Shown: positions 23,764-37,668 of the stretch, in pieces
Layout: each line of letters begins with the position of its first letter
Position numbering within the stretch: the stretch's first letter is position 1
Assembly (NCBI RefSeq): GCF_018977255.1
Contig: NW_024704742.1
Location: 36,334,001-36,398,000, forward strand
DNA from: Callorhinchus milii
Lineage: Eukaryota
DNA length: 64,000 bases
Reading direction: 5' to 3'
The notes under the pieces: generated by a model
Seen by the model: only the letters and a program-made list of their open reading frames with translations
What the model was told of the DNA's origin: nothing
Databases searched by the model: none
Translations under genes and position numbers: made by a program

Positions 23764-24394
23764 GTTAGTATTTTCATATATAATTATCTTCATGGCTTTT
23801 TTTTTAAGCAGTGATTAATTTTTTTTTAAACTTGCGATGTACAAAACAAGATGGTCTTGGTTTAGATACCCAGTCTGTTGAGTTGCCTCATCTTAGTCAG
23901 GGCAGATGCAAAAGCAATGGTTAAACTTTGGCAGTTTTTACCCAGATCAATAGGGAATGTATTACTCGCTATGATTCATAGCATACTTTCTGTGAACCAA
24001 AAGCAGCACCAGCAGATTATGTGTTTCAAAGGAGATTGTATGGGAACTCGAGAAGGTACTGTGGAGGAGTCCACAGGACATTTGCGCTGTACTGGAGATA
24101 GCCTTACATTGAGGTCACCATGTAGTGAAATAATGGTATTTCAGTAAATGTGACTGGATTTTTAATCTTGACCTATTGCGTTTCTACAGGGATCATACAA
24201 GTAATTGAGGTCAGTGTTAACTTTCGAGCCAGCAGAATTGTTGTTGTTATTGTCTGTCTGACGTGTCGCAATGAGCTCCAACTTTTGTTCTTCTTTGTAC
24301 AACATTTATACACCGGGTGAAATGACCAGTTATTAACGAGTTGTGTGATTCTGTTGCATTTATAGCAGCAGTGTAATCCGCACCTGTGCCACAA

Positions 24395-24560
24395 AGATCA
24401 CAAGATTGGTTTAGATGAAGAGGGCCCTTTGGCCCATCCAATCTTGTCCCCCGCCATCACAGTATCAAGCTGCTTTTTAAATGAGTCCAGCGTACTTGCC
24501 CCAATCACCTTCCCCCTGCAACATCCTGTTCCAGTTTTTGATTACTTTGAGTAGGGAAAT
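24395..24560 (-). mobile_element. CR1-type LINE 3' end fragment
   Basis: Reverse complement of the GATGGGCCAAAGGGCC tail and upstream WN-coding remnant. Confidence 0.6.
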
Positions 24561-25410
24561 ATGTTTCATTGTTACCTCAGGTACACTTACCAAGGTTAAA
24601 TGATAATAATAATCCTTATATTTAAAATCACACTTTTCACATTGAGAGGATATCTCAAAAGTGCTTCACAGGATCTGCTGTAAACTACACTGCTCTTTTG
24701 TAGGTTAACATGACAGTCAGTTTGCCACCAGTAATATTCTGCAAACAATCATGAAGTGATTGACCAATTTTATCTGGGGGTTTGTTAGCCAGCACACCGG
24801 GAGAAACTTTTTTTTTCCCGAGTTGGACTGTGGGCTTTTTAATGTCCACCTGAACAGGCGGACGGGACCTAAGTTTAATGTCTCATCTGAAAAATGGCGC
24901 CTTCAGGACATTCTAGCAGGTTACCTATTGTCTGATTTCTTAAACTGCCCAATATGTGTATCCTACTTCATATGTGTGTGACCGTGGATTGGATTTGTTG
25001 GATTGATTTGTGTTGTGATCACAACATGGAGCAGTTTTTGCAACCTTCTGTAAAATGCTGAAGTAGGCTGTACATTTGTGCATGCTTTCAAGCAATCTAA
25101 TCCATAACTGAAGGAGTACTGGTGTACTACTTTTAAATAATACATAATTTCCTGTTATTATCAGTTTTGTGCCAAATTTATATCCGTACCAGAATACATT
25201 TATACTAAGTTAGCAGCATACCATAGCAACAGACAAGGTTTTCACGTCTTAAAATCTGTTTATTCCTCCCTTTTAAGCAATTGAAGTGTTTTAATTTGCT
25301 TTCTTCGACTGCACAGGTACATTTATGCAAGTGAGGGGGAATTAAAACAGAATTGTTTTATTTTCTATTCCTGGAAAACATAACTCATTTTTTAATGTAT
25401 TCTGTTTTAG

Positions 25411-25508
25411 GTTCTCTATGTTCAAATTAAATGTTTTCATGAGATCATCACCATTGGGTACAGAGTGTATCATTCTTATGAGCTACCTTGGTTCAGAACT
25501 TTGAGCTG
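25411..25508 (+). CDS. CDS1: CDS1 exon 4 ([33 protein letters not shown])
   Basis: tttag|GTT ... AGC TG|gtaagt; 98 bp. Confidence 0.95.
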
Positions 25509-26713
25509 GTAAGTATAGAATAAATACAGTGAAATTCTGTTAATTGAATGCTCAATTTGACAGTGAAACTTATTTTAAAAAATAAACTGTTCATGTAGTT
25601 GGATTTAACACTAGGAGACTCATCTCCTGGAGCTCTAAATTCTATTCAATAAACCAAACTATTGAATTATCCTATAAGTCAGTGTATTTTGTATATAATG
25701 TGATTACTTTTAAATGGGGAAAGAGGACGAGAGAAATTAGAGAAAATATTTGTTTTCAAGCTGTAAAAGGTGGTGTGATACCACACTTGAAACCTAATGC
25801 CTACAGTACAAAAGTGTGGTTTCTATTGGATGATTCTCACCGATGTTTCTTTTTGTTTAACTATCAGTAAGACATTAAGTGGTAGGACATTAAAACTTTG
25901 TCCATTCACCTTTGGATGAAGAAGCAAGAAACCTTTTCATACATTGATACAATATATTTTGTATCTTATCCAACATGGGTTTTTGGCTCCTATTAGTGCT
26001 GCCTTCCTGTCTGCGTTCAGCAGCTTGTTGGCCTAGGCTTGTTTATGTTATGCACTATTAGAAAAAAAATGTAAATTCTAATATTTTGCAAATATTGATA
26101 GTCATCTAGAATTTACATGGAGTTGACAATGTTTAAAATGGTGATTTAAATGGATAGACACAATTACGACATATTAAAGTTGTAATGCATATTGGAAATC
26201 AATACATCAAGGAAAAGTATCACTTATTCCAATCATTAATTTTATCTTTTAGCCTCTTACATAATTGAAGGTATCACATTATCGTGAAATCCATCCAGGA
26301 AAAAAGCTGTAGGTTCCAGCAAAATGCTCAAGAACTCTTTTAAATTCTATGATTAATTAACGGCATATTTTGATTGATTAATCTGATGTCAAAAGGCTTG
26401 ATCCAGTTCTGAGTTAAGTGGGCAAAAGGAAGAAAGAGATGGGGGAAGAAGTAGGAATTGCAGTCAAAGATGAAGTAAAAACATCAGGAGGGATGGAGAA
26501 GACTTTTCTTAAAGGAGGAACAAGTCAAGGAAGTGGGAGCAATCTAGCGCCACATCATAAAGCACTTCAGGGCAAACTCTAGATGAATGTAACCTCCTGC
26601 ACGGTATTCTTGGAATGGAGACCATTCCCTCAGAAATTTCTCCTAAAATCCCATTTTTGATTTCTAAATGCAATGTGAATTTATTCCTTGCCTGTGTAAA
26701 TTCCTTTTGGTAG

Positions 26714-26853
26714 GTACATCCTCCTGTGTGTAAATTATTTCTTTTATGGAGAAACTGTTGCTGATTACTTTGGCGCTTTAGTGCAAAGGGAAGAACCACT
26801 TCAATTCCTAGTTCGCTATCATCGCTTCATCTCTTTTGCTATGTACCTGGCAG
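26714..26853 (+). CDS. CDS1: CDS1 exon 5 ([47 protein letters not shown])
   Basis: ggtag|G TAC ... GCA G|gtgagt; 140 bp. Confidence 0.95.
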
Positions 26854-29358
26854 GTGAGTAAAATCTTAGCGCACAATTATTGTACATAGCATTGATTTTT
26901 TTTTATCAACCTCTTTAGTTGCATGAGAATTCGAATGCTTTTATTGTGAGCAATAAATCTAAATAGTTTTCTCGTGATGACAGACTGAATTCTATTACTA
27001 CCCTCAATTGTCACAATCAACTTCCCTTTTCAGAATGGTTACTTTGAGTCTTCCCAACACAAGCAGCTTGTACTTTTGTACACTGACTGCCCTGGAGACA
27101 TTTTCTTTCTGAGTAATCCAGCATGTACTGCATTAATGTTTATATTAATATTTGATGAGGGCTTCAAGATTTTGGTAGGATTAAGACTGCACTATTATCT
27201 ACACAAAATATAAGCCATAACATTGGAAACTGAGTATAAAGTTCTAAAATTAACAACTTTCACCTTTGCCTTTTTGTCTTCTTGCTTTCATTGTTGAAAT
27301 AGAATTTGTGATTCCTGTTAATGCAAAAGATTTGTACCTAGATGTTGTAGGAATAGTTAACCTCTCGTGTGTGTATGAAGAGTAGAAAGTCTGTGAATAT
27401 TATGAATATTTTTAATCCTACTTTGGTAGTTTTTACCAAAATTAAAGAGAAATTAAAGCAAAGTTAAAGATAATTTTCAAGATTACCCTAACAATACCTC
27501 ATTCATTGAAAACCAGTTTTGTGTAATAAAAATCAACATGAATGAAAATGAAAGTCAGTCAGTGTAACAACCTGCAACACTTTGGTTTAAAATGCTGCAA
27601 GTGTTCATAACAACATTTAAAGAAATTACATATATTTTTTCCTTGTGGACCTTTTCATTTGCTTTGAGCTACCATTTCAGTTCAGTATTCCAACAACAAC
27701 AAGATTCCACTTATAGAGCGCCTTTCATGTCGGGAGGACGTCCCAAGGCGCTGTACAGTTGGAACAGATGTACAGATGGATTCCAACATCCATCTGGACC
27801 AATTTAGCTGTATGATTAATCTTGAGTAAAAGCAATCAACCAACATTTAATCCAATTAAACCTCTGTCTCTAATGGCCTATAATTTATTTATTTAGTACA
27901 CTTTAATGTTTCTTCAATACTGTATTGCAGTTTAGTTATCCTGAAACTGTGAGAGTGTCATCATTTTCAGTGTGTCTTGGAATTGGTGCGCACATACGTT
28001 TTAACTGGAATGCTTGATTGAGTTTTAGCAGTTAAACATAGCTTTGGCAAGTTGACAAATAAACCAGTTTCTCCTTTATAAAGTCTGTAACTGACATTCA
28101 TTTCCTGGCTCTTTTTGCAGTATAGAAACCCATTTTATAAAAGCAGAATTTTAAAAATGTTTCACAAAGAAAGTTATGCAGAGGACAACTGTGTTTATGC
28201 TCTATATTGACTGCAACTGTTCCGCCTGCTTTAGTTTGGATCATTTCAAACTCAAAATTTAAGCTTTTAATGTAATTGCTGTTTAAACCAGGCAATCAAT
28301 ATAACTTGTTGTGTAAAATACACAAACTAGGCGTAACATTATTTCTGCTACATGGTATATTTTGTTTAATTCATATTCCTCCAAGGAAGAAGGCATTGAG
28401 ATTGGTCAATGTAATTACAACAAGCTATTCTGTGTAAACTCTATGGTTTATTTGAGATCAACTTTTATCTTTTCCATTTTCTAAAATTGTCATCAGTTCC
28501 ATTTTTTAAGAGAGGGCTTTCATGTTTTAATTCCAAATGAATTTCTTTAAAATCCCCAAATGCCTTCACTTTTGTTATCTATATAATGAATGTGAAGAAG
28601 TAGTTATAAGCTAATGGTTCGTATGTGCTCTAAACTGTGAGAGCAAAGCTTTATAGTTGGAATCATGTAGAGGCTTGGCATTGTACTCTGATTTTTCTGG
28701 CATATTCTGTTTGTTTTATCTATGGTTTTAAAGATTCTTTCTTTTTTCTCTCATGCTCCAGTGCCATGCACCAAAAGAGGATGGATGATTCAGTTCCTCC
28801 TGTGTCCCTGCCAGTCCTGCTCAGAAACTGCATGCTGTCATGTATGTGGGAGCAATCCTGAGTGATCTTTCCCTCTAAATTTTCTATTTTTCCTTTTCCC
28901 TTCCTGTGGAAAAAATGGTTGTTCCCCAACTTAGTGTGTGTGAAATGCAGGTTCACACATACTTATGACCTAAAGATTTGTGGCTTCATATTGGAGCTGT
29001 TCCAACAGTTTGAATTTTGTTTTAATTCCATTTTTGCCAGGAGCAGCTATCCATATGCTCTGACATTGCAATCAATTCCATGGCCACTTTGTATTTTCTG
29101 TAATCTTTAAAGTGCCACTAAAATTAATTAATCATTAGAAATCTTTTACTTGGAAAATAAAAGATTTCAAACAATGCCTTATTAAAGTTATTATCTGAGA
29201 TGTGGTAGATAAATTTAAACATTTAACGGGATTTGCATGTACCATGCATTTGAAAAGATTAGGTGCATTTGCATAAGAATGGCTTACACCATAACACTTG
29301 TCTGTATTTGTTATTGTATATTGAGAAGGCTAATATAATTCCTGCTGTCACTTTTCAG

Positions 29359-29417
29359 GCTTCTGCATGTTTGTACTGAGTTTAGTGAAGAAACATTACC
29401 GACTGCAGTTTTACATG
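29359..29417 (+). CDS. CDS1: CDS1 exon 6 (FCMFVLSLVKKHYRLQFYM)
   Basis: ttcag|GC TTC ... ATG|gtgtgt; 59 bp. Confidence 0.95.
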
Positions 29418-32400
29418 GTGTGTATCCAATATTTATTGTGTAATTATTAATTTAAATGGGAAAATTACATATTGCTACAACTTCAACATAATTATTTTTC
29501 TTCGAAAAGCTACTAGTCAGTGTTTGAGGGGTTTCATGGAAGGATACATTGTCCCTTACTTCTGAAAATCTCAATTTCATTCTAATCCAGATTGATGGGA
29601 TGAAAAGACCTCTTTTGACTGATCAAAGTCAGATTTAAGTGACATTATTTTGGCAATTTCATTGTAGCATCACTGGACAGTGATTTGTCTATAAATTGTC
29701 CATTTTTAAATTGTTCATGAAGTGGTAAGGATAGATGCTGCGGCAATTGAAAAATGAACGCATGTGCTGTGAATAGTTCTTTGAAGTTCAGGTCAAGGCA
29801 CATTGTTGGAGCCGACAGAGAAAAGGCAAATGCAGAGAAGAGGGAGCTTTATTCTGCATTTGAATGTGCCATTATCTTGAATAGAATTACCCATTCAGTT
29901 TCGGATCTGGTTGTCTGGAAATTTCTAAAAAGTAACATACATTCTCTGCTTCTGGTTATATTTAACAACCTATTCCAGTTATAGTGCAATTATTATGTGA
30001 AATGCACATCACCAAAGGTCAGTAAACTTAAGTGGAGAGTAACCTGCCAGTAGTCTTTCCTTTCTTCCTCAAACAATGGTTTCCTGTCTTATTATGTGGA
30101 GGTATTAAGGTTTCAGTTAAATTTCTCCATCGACAAAGAAAGTCAGCATAACCCATGATTATGTCCCTTAATCTACCGCTGATTGGTTTTGAAATTAGCA
30201 AGAAAATTGGAACCACTCCCAGGGTTGCCTCTGGCACTAGGTGTGTCAAATAAGAGCATTGAATCCCTTACTTTGATGAGCACAACATTACATTAGTAAA
30301 ATGTTAAAACTGATTCCGTGAAGTAATGGGGCCGTTTCAGGGAAAAGGCAGAAGGAATTACAGTTCCTCTTGCATAATCGTATCTCCTTTATTTGGAGGA
30401 AAGAATAGTTTGAACATGACACCAAACCAGTCCAATCACTAAAAGTAGCTTACTCATGGTGTTCGTGATTTCCATTGTTCTGTGGTCAGACGTGGAACCA
30501 GTCAGCCCGTTTGACCCAGTTTAGCACCAGCAAATTCAAGGGCAATTTTTTTCTTTGTGCATCTTCTTGAATCCTGAAAGGGTATTGACATTTTGTTAAT
30601 AATTATTGCATTTGATTTACGATTCTATAAGCATTTGTTAATAACCAAATGCTAACCACAATTAATCATTCAGTGCTTCAATAGACTACTTCAGTCTTGA
30701 GGTTATATTTGACACTGGAGTGATTAGTTTCATGTACTAAGGGCTACCATCAAATTTTGGCTCTGCCTCCCAGCAGATCAATTTCAAGATCGCCTTCACC
30801 CATAAATCTCTCTATGCTCTTGCACCTCCTTATCTCTCTTGATTGTTTCCTATCCCCCTCCTCTGCTCACCCCCTCCATTCAGCAAACGTGAGCTTCCTG
30901 CATGAATCCTGCCTTCACGTGCATCGTCGGTGGTTGAACCTTCAGATTGTGCACTCCTAACCTCTGCAATTCCCCCCTCTGCTTCTTCATCTCATCCTCT
31001 CTCTAAGTCTTTTTAAGTTAATAATTCTTACATTTGGTATACACCTTCCATGTTGGGATTATGTCTCAAAGGGCTTCACTGCATATACTGTAAGACTGTG
31101 TTTTATGGGTGAACCTACCCCTTCAAACATGTCTACAGCACCTCCTCCTGCTCTCCTCTCCCTTGTTTGGCATCTAACCCCATCATTATAAAGCACTCTG
31201 AGCTGTTGCCATACATAAAGGGTGCTATATAAATGTCTTGGAATATTAAGAATCAGATTTGCATTAATTGTATTTGAAAATGTAAAATATGCACTATAGA
31301 AACTTTGCAGGCTGTTTATATATTTTCTTTTCCCATCTTCCATTAATCTTCTATTCTGTGCCCTTAACCTTTCTTTTCTCTTGATTTTGGTTGATGCTGA
31401 TGTGGAGTTTCGCTAGTGCTTCCACTGCCTTACCCAAGTGACCGTTTTCATGTGTGAACCTTAATTGAAAACTGGTGGAGTATTGATCGGAGGGTGCATC
31501 ACGTAGAACCAAATTCTATATTTAATAACAAATGCCTATGCACATGATCCCACACCCCCCACCCCCCATTTTCTGTTTCTTTCCGGGAAAAGGATGATTC
31601 ATGCTGATCTCCAATTCTCCTCAAATTCACTCTTCATCTTGCATGAACTTGAGTAGACATTGTCTGTAGGCAGTTAACCTGTGGGTACATCATAGCCAGG
31701 ATTTTCACCCATTATCTCAGTGCGCACGTCTATCAGGAATCTCTAAGTAGTGATCAAGTATCAACTTTATTTTGAAACCCATGTCCATACTTAAGAGTAT
31801 CCAAACCAAACTGAGAATTCCATGCATTCCACCTACACATGGAAATTCCTTTAACATGGACATTATTTAACCTGCTGTCTGGAGTTATTTTATAGTGTTA
31901 ATTTGATGTGTTCATAATTTCAGTGACCTATTTGAGGTGTAAATGCCTCTCTGCTTTCATTGTGAAAGGAAACTGAAAAATATAGTAGCTCCTATACTTG
32001 TATTACATTGTAAATTTATTACACCTATTCCCTGCCCTATGTATTGCAAGACTAAGAATCTATAGAGCACTGAATATAGTCAAAAGAATGCATGTCAACA
32101 AATAATGATGTATATAGAACTTGGATTTATATCTATAATTATTCCTGTACAGTTTCAAACATAATAATGGATTTCAAAATGTGTATGATAGTTTCAATTA
32201 ACCAGAATGACACAACCAATAGATTTGGAAGTTTTAGTATAATAATAAAATAAAAATACACGACTACTTTTTTTCTTCAACAACTAAATAAATCTCATTG
32301 AATATAAGAATTGGGACAGAACAATGGATTTAAACTATCTTAAAATGTGGCACTAGTTAAATGTTACATTATGTGTGATTTCTTATCAGTTCATCTCAAT

Positions 32401-32833
32401 ATTTTAAATATTTAAAGTAGTGTAATTGAATTCTGCAAATGCCTTGTATTTTTGGCTGGCAAAGCTACCTTTTTGTGTCAAGTGTTTGTTAATTTCGTGG
32501 GTGGGTGATAGTACTAAGCATTGTAAATAGGCCAGATTCTGCAGGGAAACAGAACCGTTTTACAGATATTTTAAATTAAAGGGTACTTCAATAAAGGCTG
32601 AGTTATTTGAATTATGAGTTAAGAATTGGATGCCATCTAGAGAAATGTAACAAGATTATTGTTTTACATTATTGTCTTGTAACTTGCATTTATATAGTTC
32701 TGTTCATGTAGGGCAATATCTTGGGAGCACTTCTGCAATATTGTCTATACTGTACATCAAGTGAATTAATGTAGTAGAATACTATAAAACATCCTAATTA
32801 AACTTGGTAATTTTGATTTGGTTGTATTTACAG

Positions 32834-32916
32834 TTTGGGTGGACACATGTTACATTGCTAATAGTTGTCACTCAGTCTCATCTGGTAATTCAAAATCTGT
32901 TTGAAGGAATGATTTG
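32834..32916 (+). CDS. CDS1: CDS1 exon 7 ([28 protein letters not shown])
   Basis: tacag|TTT ... ATT TG|gtaagt; 83 bp. Confidence 0.95.
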
Positions 32917-33308
32917 GTAAGTGAATTATTGTCACCCTTGTACTCGACACATTCCTCCAATAGTATAAATACATTTATTTTTCCTGTAGTACGTGTACAG
33001 TACTACAGATTCACAGTAAAAGTAGCTGATGTTGTATTTAATTGACATCTTGATATGTGGATTGATTTGGGGATTTGTAAATATAGTTTGTTGAGTAAAA
33101 CTTATAATCTAAATCATCTCTTTATTGATTTGTGTTTGTTAGCTATCATGAGGTATTTTATATGCAATGAGAGCTCTACTATATGAAATTTTTACGTTTT
33201 TGTTGAATTCATGAATTTGCTCTCTGTAATGAGGATTTGTGTCTGAAAATTCCAAGCTATTTTGTCTTTTGATGCATTAAATCATTTCCCATAACCATTC
33301 CATTTCAG

Positions 33309-33396
33309 GTTTATTGTTCCAATCTCAATTGTCATTTGTAATGACATAATGGCATATCTATTTGGTTTCTTCTTTGGAAGAACTCCATTAATTAAG
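33309..33396 (+). CDS. CDS1: CDS1 exon 8 ([29 protein letters not shown])
   Basis: ttcag|G TTT ... AAG|gtaaga; 88 bp. Confidence 0.95.
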
Positions 33397-33732
33397 GTAA
33401 GAAACTGTATATAAAAATAGTCATGCTGTAATTTAAATTTATATTGGCTGAGCATTACTTATTCAATAGAGGAACTTGTAAACTTGTGGAAGAAACCTTA
33501 CCATTAACTACATAACTGCTTTAATGCTAGTTAAAGTGCAATTTAATTGCAGTGGGAACTAATAGCTTCTGAAGCATAAGGGGTGCATAGTAAACTGCTT
33601 CAAGAGCATGTTGAAATAGTATTGTCTTATTCACTCTTCTGTATATTTAAACCTTGCAGGCAATTTAAATTTAAATTGTCCTTTTGCATTTTTAACAGTT
33701 TGTCTGATATTTTAACTTGTGCTTCTTTATAG

Positions 33733-33801
33733 TTGTCTCCAAAGAAAACCTGGGAAGGTTTCATTGGTGGTTTCTTTGCAACTGTTGTTTTTGGATTTCT
33801 G
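33733..33801 (+). CDS. CDS1: CDS1 exon 9 ([23 protein letters not shown])
   Basis: tatag|TTG ... CTG|gtaagt; 69 bp. Confidence 0.95.
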
Positions 33802-34247
33802 GTAAGTTGGAAAAAAATAATGAATTATGTGTTCAAGGTGAGAAAATGTCGGAACCCAACACATCCAGGTTGGGTATAATGTAGTTAGATGTAAAGTAAA
33901 AGTCCCTTTGCTGTCAAATCAAATGCTTTCAAGGAGAAAAGAAAATGTTGACACTAAAGCATGCAATATGGATATTGAGTTTCTTTTTTAGTGTTTGAAT
34001 CTTGATTAATTTTGTCATTTTGATATGCTATCTTTAGATTTACAGCTGTAGAAATAAAATTAAGAATGAAATTAGTGTCAAATTATTTATGTATAAATAC
34101 ATTTTCTTAGAAACTTATATCTATATCAGTTCATTTATATCAGTTTTATTAAGAAATTAAGAATAATTTTCACATTTAACATGTCTGTGGTTGTTCTGTG
34201 GTAAATCTATGGATCGTTTTTGCTTTACTACTATTTTTTCTCTGCAG

Positions 34248-34400
34248 TTTGCCTATGCCTTATCGAGGTACAATTACTTTGTGTGTCCAGTGGATTACAG
34301 CAGTGAAACCAACAGCTTTATTGTTGACTGCGAACCTTCGCCTTTGTTCCACCTGCAGGAATACACACTTCCATCTGTAATGCAGACTGTCCTCGGATGG
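34248..34400 (+). CDS. CDS1: CDS1 exon 10 (FAYALSRYNYFVCPVDYSSETNSFIVDCEPSPLFHLQEYTLPSVMQTVLGW)
   Basis: tgcag|TTT ... TGG|gtacgg; 153 bp. Confidence 0.95.
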
Positions 34401-35661
34401 GTACGGAATGTTTCTTGCTAAAATTTACAACAGTTTGTAGTCAAAAGCTGCTGTTTAAATGGTGCTTGTTTTGCCTGTTTCAATTTTCCCAAAATATGTC
34501 TGCAATGTCACTGTACAGAAACCTCTTTCCTGTTCATTTTCTGCTGCCCTATATACTTCGGCAAATGCTTTAAGCTGTAGAAGGATTAGTTTACATTTGG
34601 TCAGGGCAAAGATACTTTGTAAAGGAAGCCAAAATCTATTTTGATTCCAATATGTTAAGTGTCTTTTTTCCCTATTACTGTAGTTTTACAGTATAAATAG
34701 AAATTGTGCATAAACATGTAACATTAGATGGTAAACCATTGCTCACTCTGCTGCGAAGGTTATGCCTTGGGTTCACATACATTCAAAAATCCACACAACA
34801 GTGCACTGCAGTGTTTTTTTTCCTAGTTTTCTCCATGTACTTGTAGTGCTTCATTGCATATTATTGCATGTTTTATGGGCAGTGCAGTTTTATAAGAAAT
34901 CCAGTATATGGGCAGTAAAAGTTCTCTTGTGCTTGCCCAAGTGACCGTTCTATATGTAGGAACCTAAACTGTAGATGTTGGCAGGCTGACCAGAGCTTTT
35001 CTCAATCTAGTTCTTACTCGATTCTGTGCGCACATTTTATGGCAGAACACTATTGTATAATGTGACTAGATACTGAATCCAATGTTCATGAATGAAAACC
35101 CTGACTGATCATTTTTGCTTCTCTTTCTCGTACAAGTATGTCTGTTTGTGTTAGTTCACACAATGTTTAAGGGCGGAGGGGGCATAATAATAATGGTTAA
35201 CGTCTGGGTCAATAGGCCACTGCTGACATCACACAGTATATTCTGTGAAGCGCTTTGAAACGTCCAGAAGACGTGAAAAACGCTATATCAAATGCAAGGA
35301 TTATTATTATTATTGAATCTGTTTCCACCGACCTTTCAGGCAGTGCATTCCAGACCATAACAACTCTGTAAAATTTTTCCTCACTTTAAGCTGTTGCAGA
35401 GGACAAGGCACAATCCTGAATGTCCTTTGGATTTGTCGAAAAATGAATCCTACTGGTGGGTGGATTGTGTCATAGCATATTAAACCCCATTTACTATTGC
35501 CTTCTGGCAGCTCCCACAATGACCCAAATGAATTCCAGCAAGTTGTCTGGGCTTTATCAGAAGCAGCTTTTTATTGAATCCTCAATTCAGAATTCTGTTC
35601 AAATCTAAGACAAACTTTTTGTCTCAACTAGTTAAGACTATTTTTTCTTCTTTTTACACAG

Positions 35662-35781
35662 AAAACAGTGCACCTCTACCCATTCCAGATACACAGCATT
35701 GCCCTTTCCACATTTGCATCTTTAATTGGGCCTTTTGGAGGTTTTTTCGCCAGTGGATTTAAACGAGCTTTCAAAATAAAA
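35662..35781 (+). CDS. CDS1: CDS1 exon 11 ([40 protein letters not shown])
   Basis: cacag|AAA ... AAA|gtaagt; 120 bp. Confidence 0.95.
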
Positions 35782-35818
35782 GTAAGTATTCAAACTGAGG
35801 TATCTTACAATATTACTG

Positions 35819-36433
35819 CAGTAAAACTCACTGTAAGTCATATCAGTCAGGACAATAACATTTAATATGACTTATGTGATGTTCAAGTTGCAGGCAAACT
35901 GTTGCAGTCGTAGAAAATCTGATTTAATCAATAATCTACGCTGCACTTGTGTGCAGCCGGTAAGTGTGCATGCAGTAGCTGGTATGTGTGCATTCAGTGC
36001 TGGATACATTAAGTCTACATTTCCTGAGATTCATTGTGTCTTCACCTGTCACCTTGTGCCACTTATCGGCAAATGTTGGAATCACATTGCATTGCGGGGA
36101 AATGAAGTTCTGCGCATCGTTCGACAGATGAAGACATTTCCCCGTGATTCAATGCAGCTGGACGGTAAATTTGCATGCGTCGACGAGTAAGGACGTTCAA
36201 GGCCTCTGGTAAGCGCGGGGGTAATACAGGGTAGGGAGCGACGTTACGAGTTAGGAGGTGATTAATATGAGTAGAGTCAAGAAATCTAAGTGGTTTTAGA
36301 GGTTTCTATTCAGTTTCTATTCAGTTTCTAAACCTCTAAAACCACTTATTCAATTTCTAAGGAAACTGAATGGAACTCGGGTGAATGTACGACTCAGGTA
36401 TTTATAAAGATAAGACTTATGCGAGTTTTACTG
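35819..36433. mobile_element. Non-autonomous pogo/Tigger-like DNA transposon (MITE)
   Basis: Imperfect ~25-bp TIRs CAGTAAAACTCACTGTAAGTCATATC / CAGTAAAACTCGCATAAGTCTTATC, a subterminal repeat of the TIR motif, no transposase ORF. Confidence 0.75.
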
Positions 36434-36447
36434 TGTCATTCAAAGTA

Positions 36448-36991
36448 GTTCCCAACTCCTTCCTCCACAGGCTGCAGATCATCCAGAACTCTGCAGCCCG
36501 TGTCCTCTCCCATACCAGGCTCTGTGACCCTATCATCCCCATCCTCGCCCGACTCCACTGGCTTCCCATCACACAGAGGATACAGTTCAAGATCCTGGTC
36601 CTCACCTTCAAAGCCCTGCACGGTCTTGCTCCCCCCTACCTCTCCAACCTCCTAACCCCCTACCATCCTGTTCGCTCCCTCCGCTCAGCGGGTTCCGGCC
36701 TGCTTCACATCCCCCGCCTTGCTCGCCCCACTATCGGCGGACGGGCCTTCCACCACTTTGCACCCACCGACTGGAACTCCATTCCGCAGTCCCTTCTCCC
36801 TCGCCACCTTCAAGACCCACCTCAACACCCTCCTCTTCAACCTTGCTTTTGATCTCCCTGCTTTCCCCCCCGCCCTCCACCCTTCCCCGCCTCGACCCCC
36901 AGCTCAGGTACCTAACTCTGTATGTCCAGCACCTTGGGGCGTCCTCCCGACGTGAAAGGTGCTTTACAAATGTAATTTTGTTGTTGTTGTT
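36448..36991 (+). mobile_element. L2 LINE 3' fragment (CDS1 intron 11)
   Basis: LQIIQNSAARVL...LHWLPI.QRIQFKIL; tail. Confidence 0.85.
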
Positions 36992-37452
36992 GCAGTTTAA
37001 GTGAAATCTGCATGCACAGGCACAAGGAAATATACAGCAGTGTAATATGAGTAAAATAATCTATTCTTTCTCGGTTATTTTTGTTTGATGTTTGTGTATG
37101 ATCTGTCCCTCATGATCATTATTTAGAATCTGACAAATTCACAATTTCACCATGATTGGTGGAGGAAGAAAATTCAGCCAGATTTGCATACTTGGTGATT
37201 GATCCTTAAGCAGCATCCACAAAAAGCCTAAGAACTGGTCAACTGTTTGCTGTTTTCACAAGGGGAATGTTGGATGGTATAGGGTGAGAGAAGATGCTAA
37301 AAAAGAACATGTGTTACACACAAATAAATTGCAATAGAAATAACCACATGGAAGGAAGAAGCTGAGTAAAACTTGGAGCAGTCTGGCCAATTTTTATTCA
37401 ATTGAAATGTCAATGCTTCTGATAAGTTTACTTACCAGATTTTTTTTTTCAG

Positions 37453-37556
37453 GATTTTGCCGACACTATTCCTGGCCATGGTGGAATTATGGATCGATTT
37501 GATTGCCAATATCTGATGGCTACTTTTGTTCATGTTTATATTGGCAGCTTCATCAG
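37453..37556 (+). CDS. CDS1: CDS1 exon 12 ([35 protein letters not shown])
   Basis: ttcag|GAT ... ATC AG|gtaaat; 104 bp. Confidence 0.95.
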
Positions 37557-37668
37557 GTAAATTTACTTTTTAATTTTTAGGAGTGGTCAGAGCTGCAGTT
37601 TATGAAGCAGGAGTTTGCTGGTCTCTGCCAGGGCGTGGTGCGGTGGCAACATTAACTTGAGCCTTCCT

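Noticed and set aside
36251..36299. Shine-Dalgarno-like AGGAGGTGA followed by ATG inside the MITE
   Set aside because: The ORF is only 10 codons and the context is a vertebrate intron; there is no other sign of bacterial origin.
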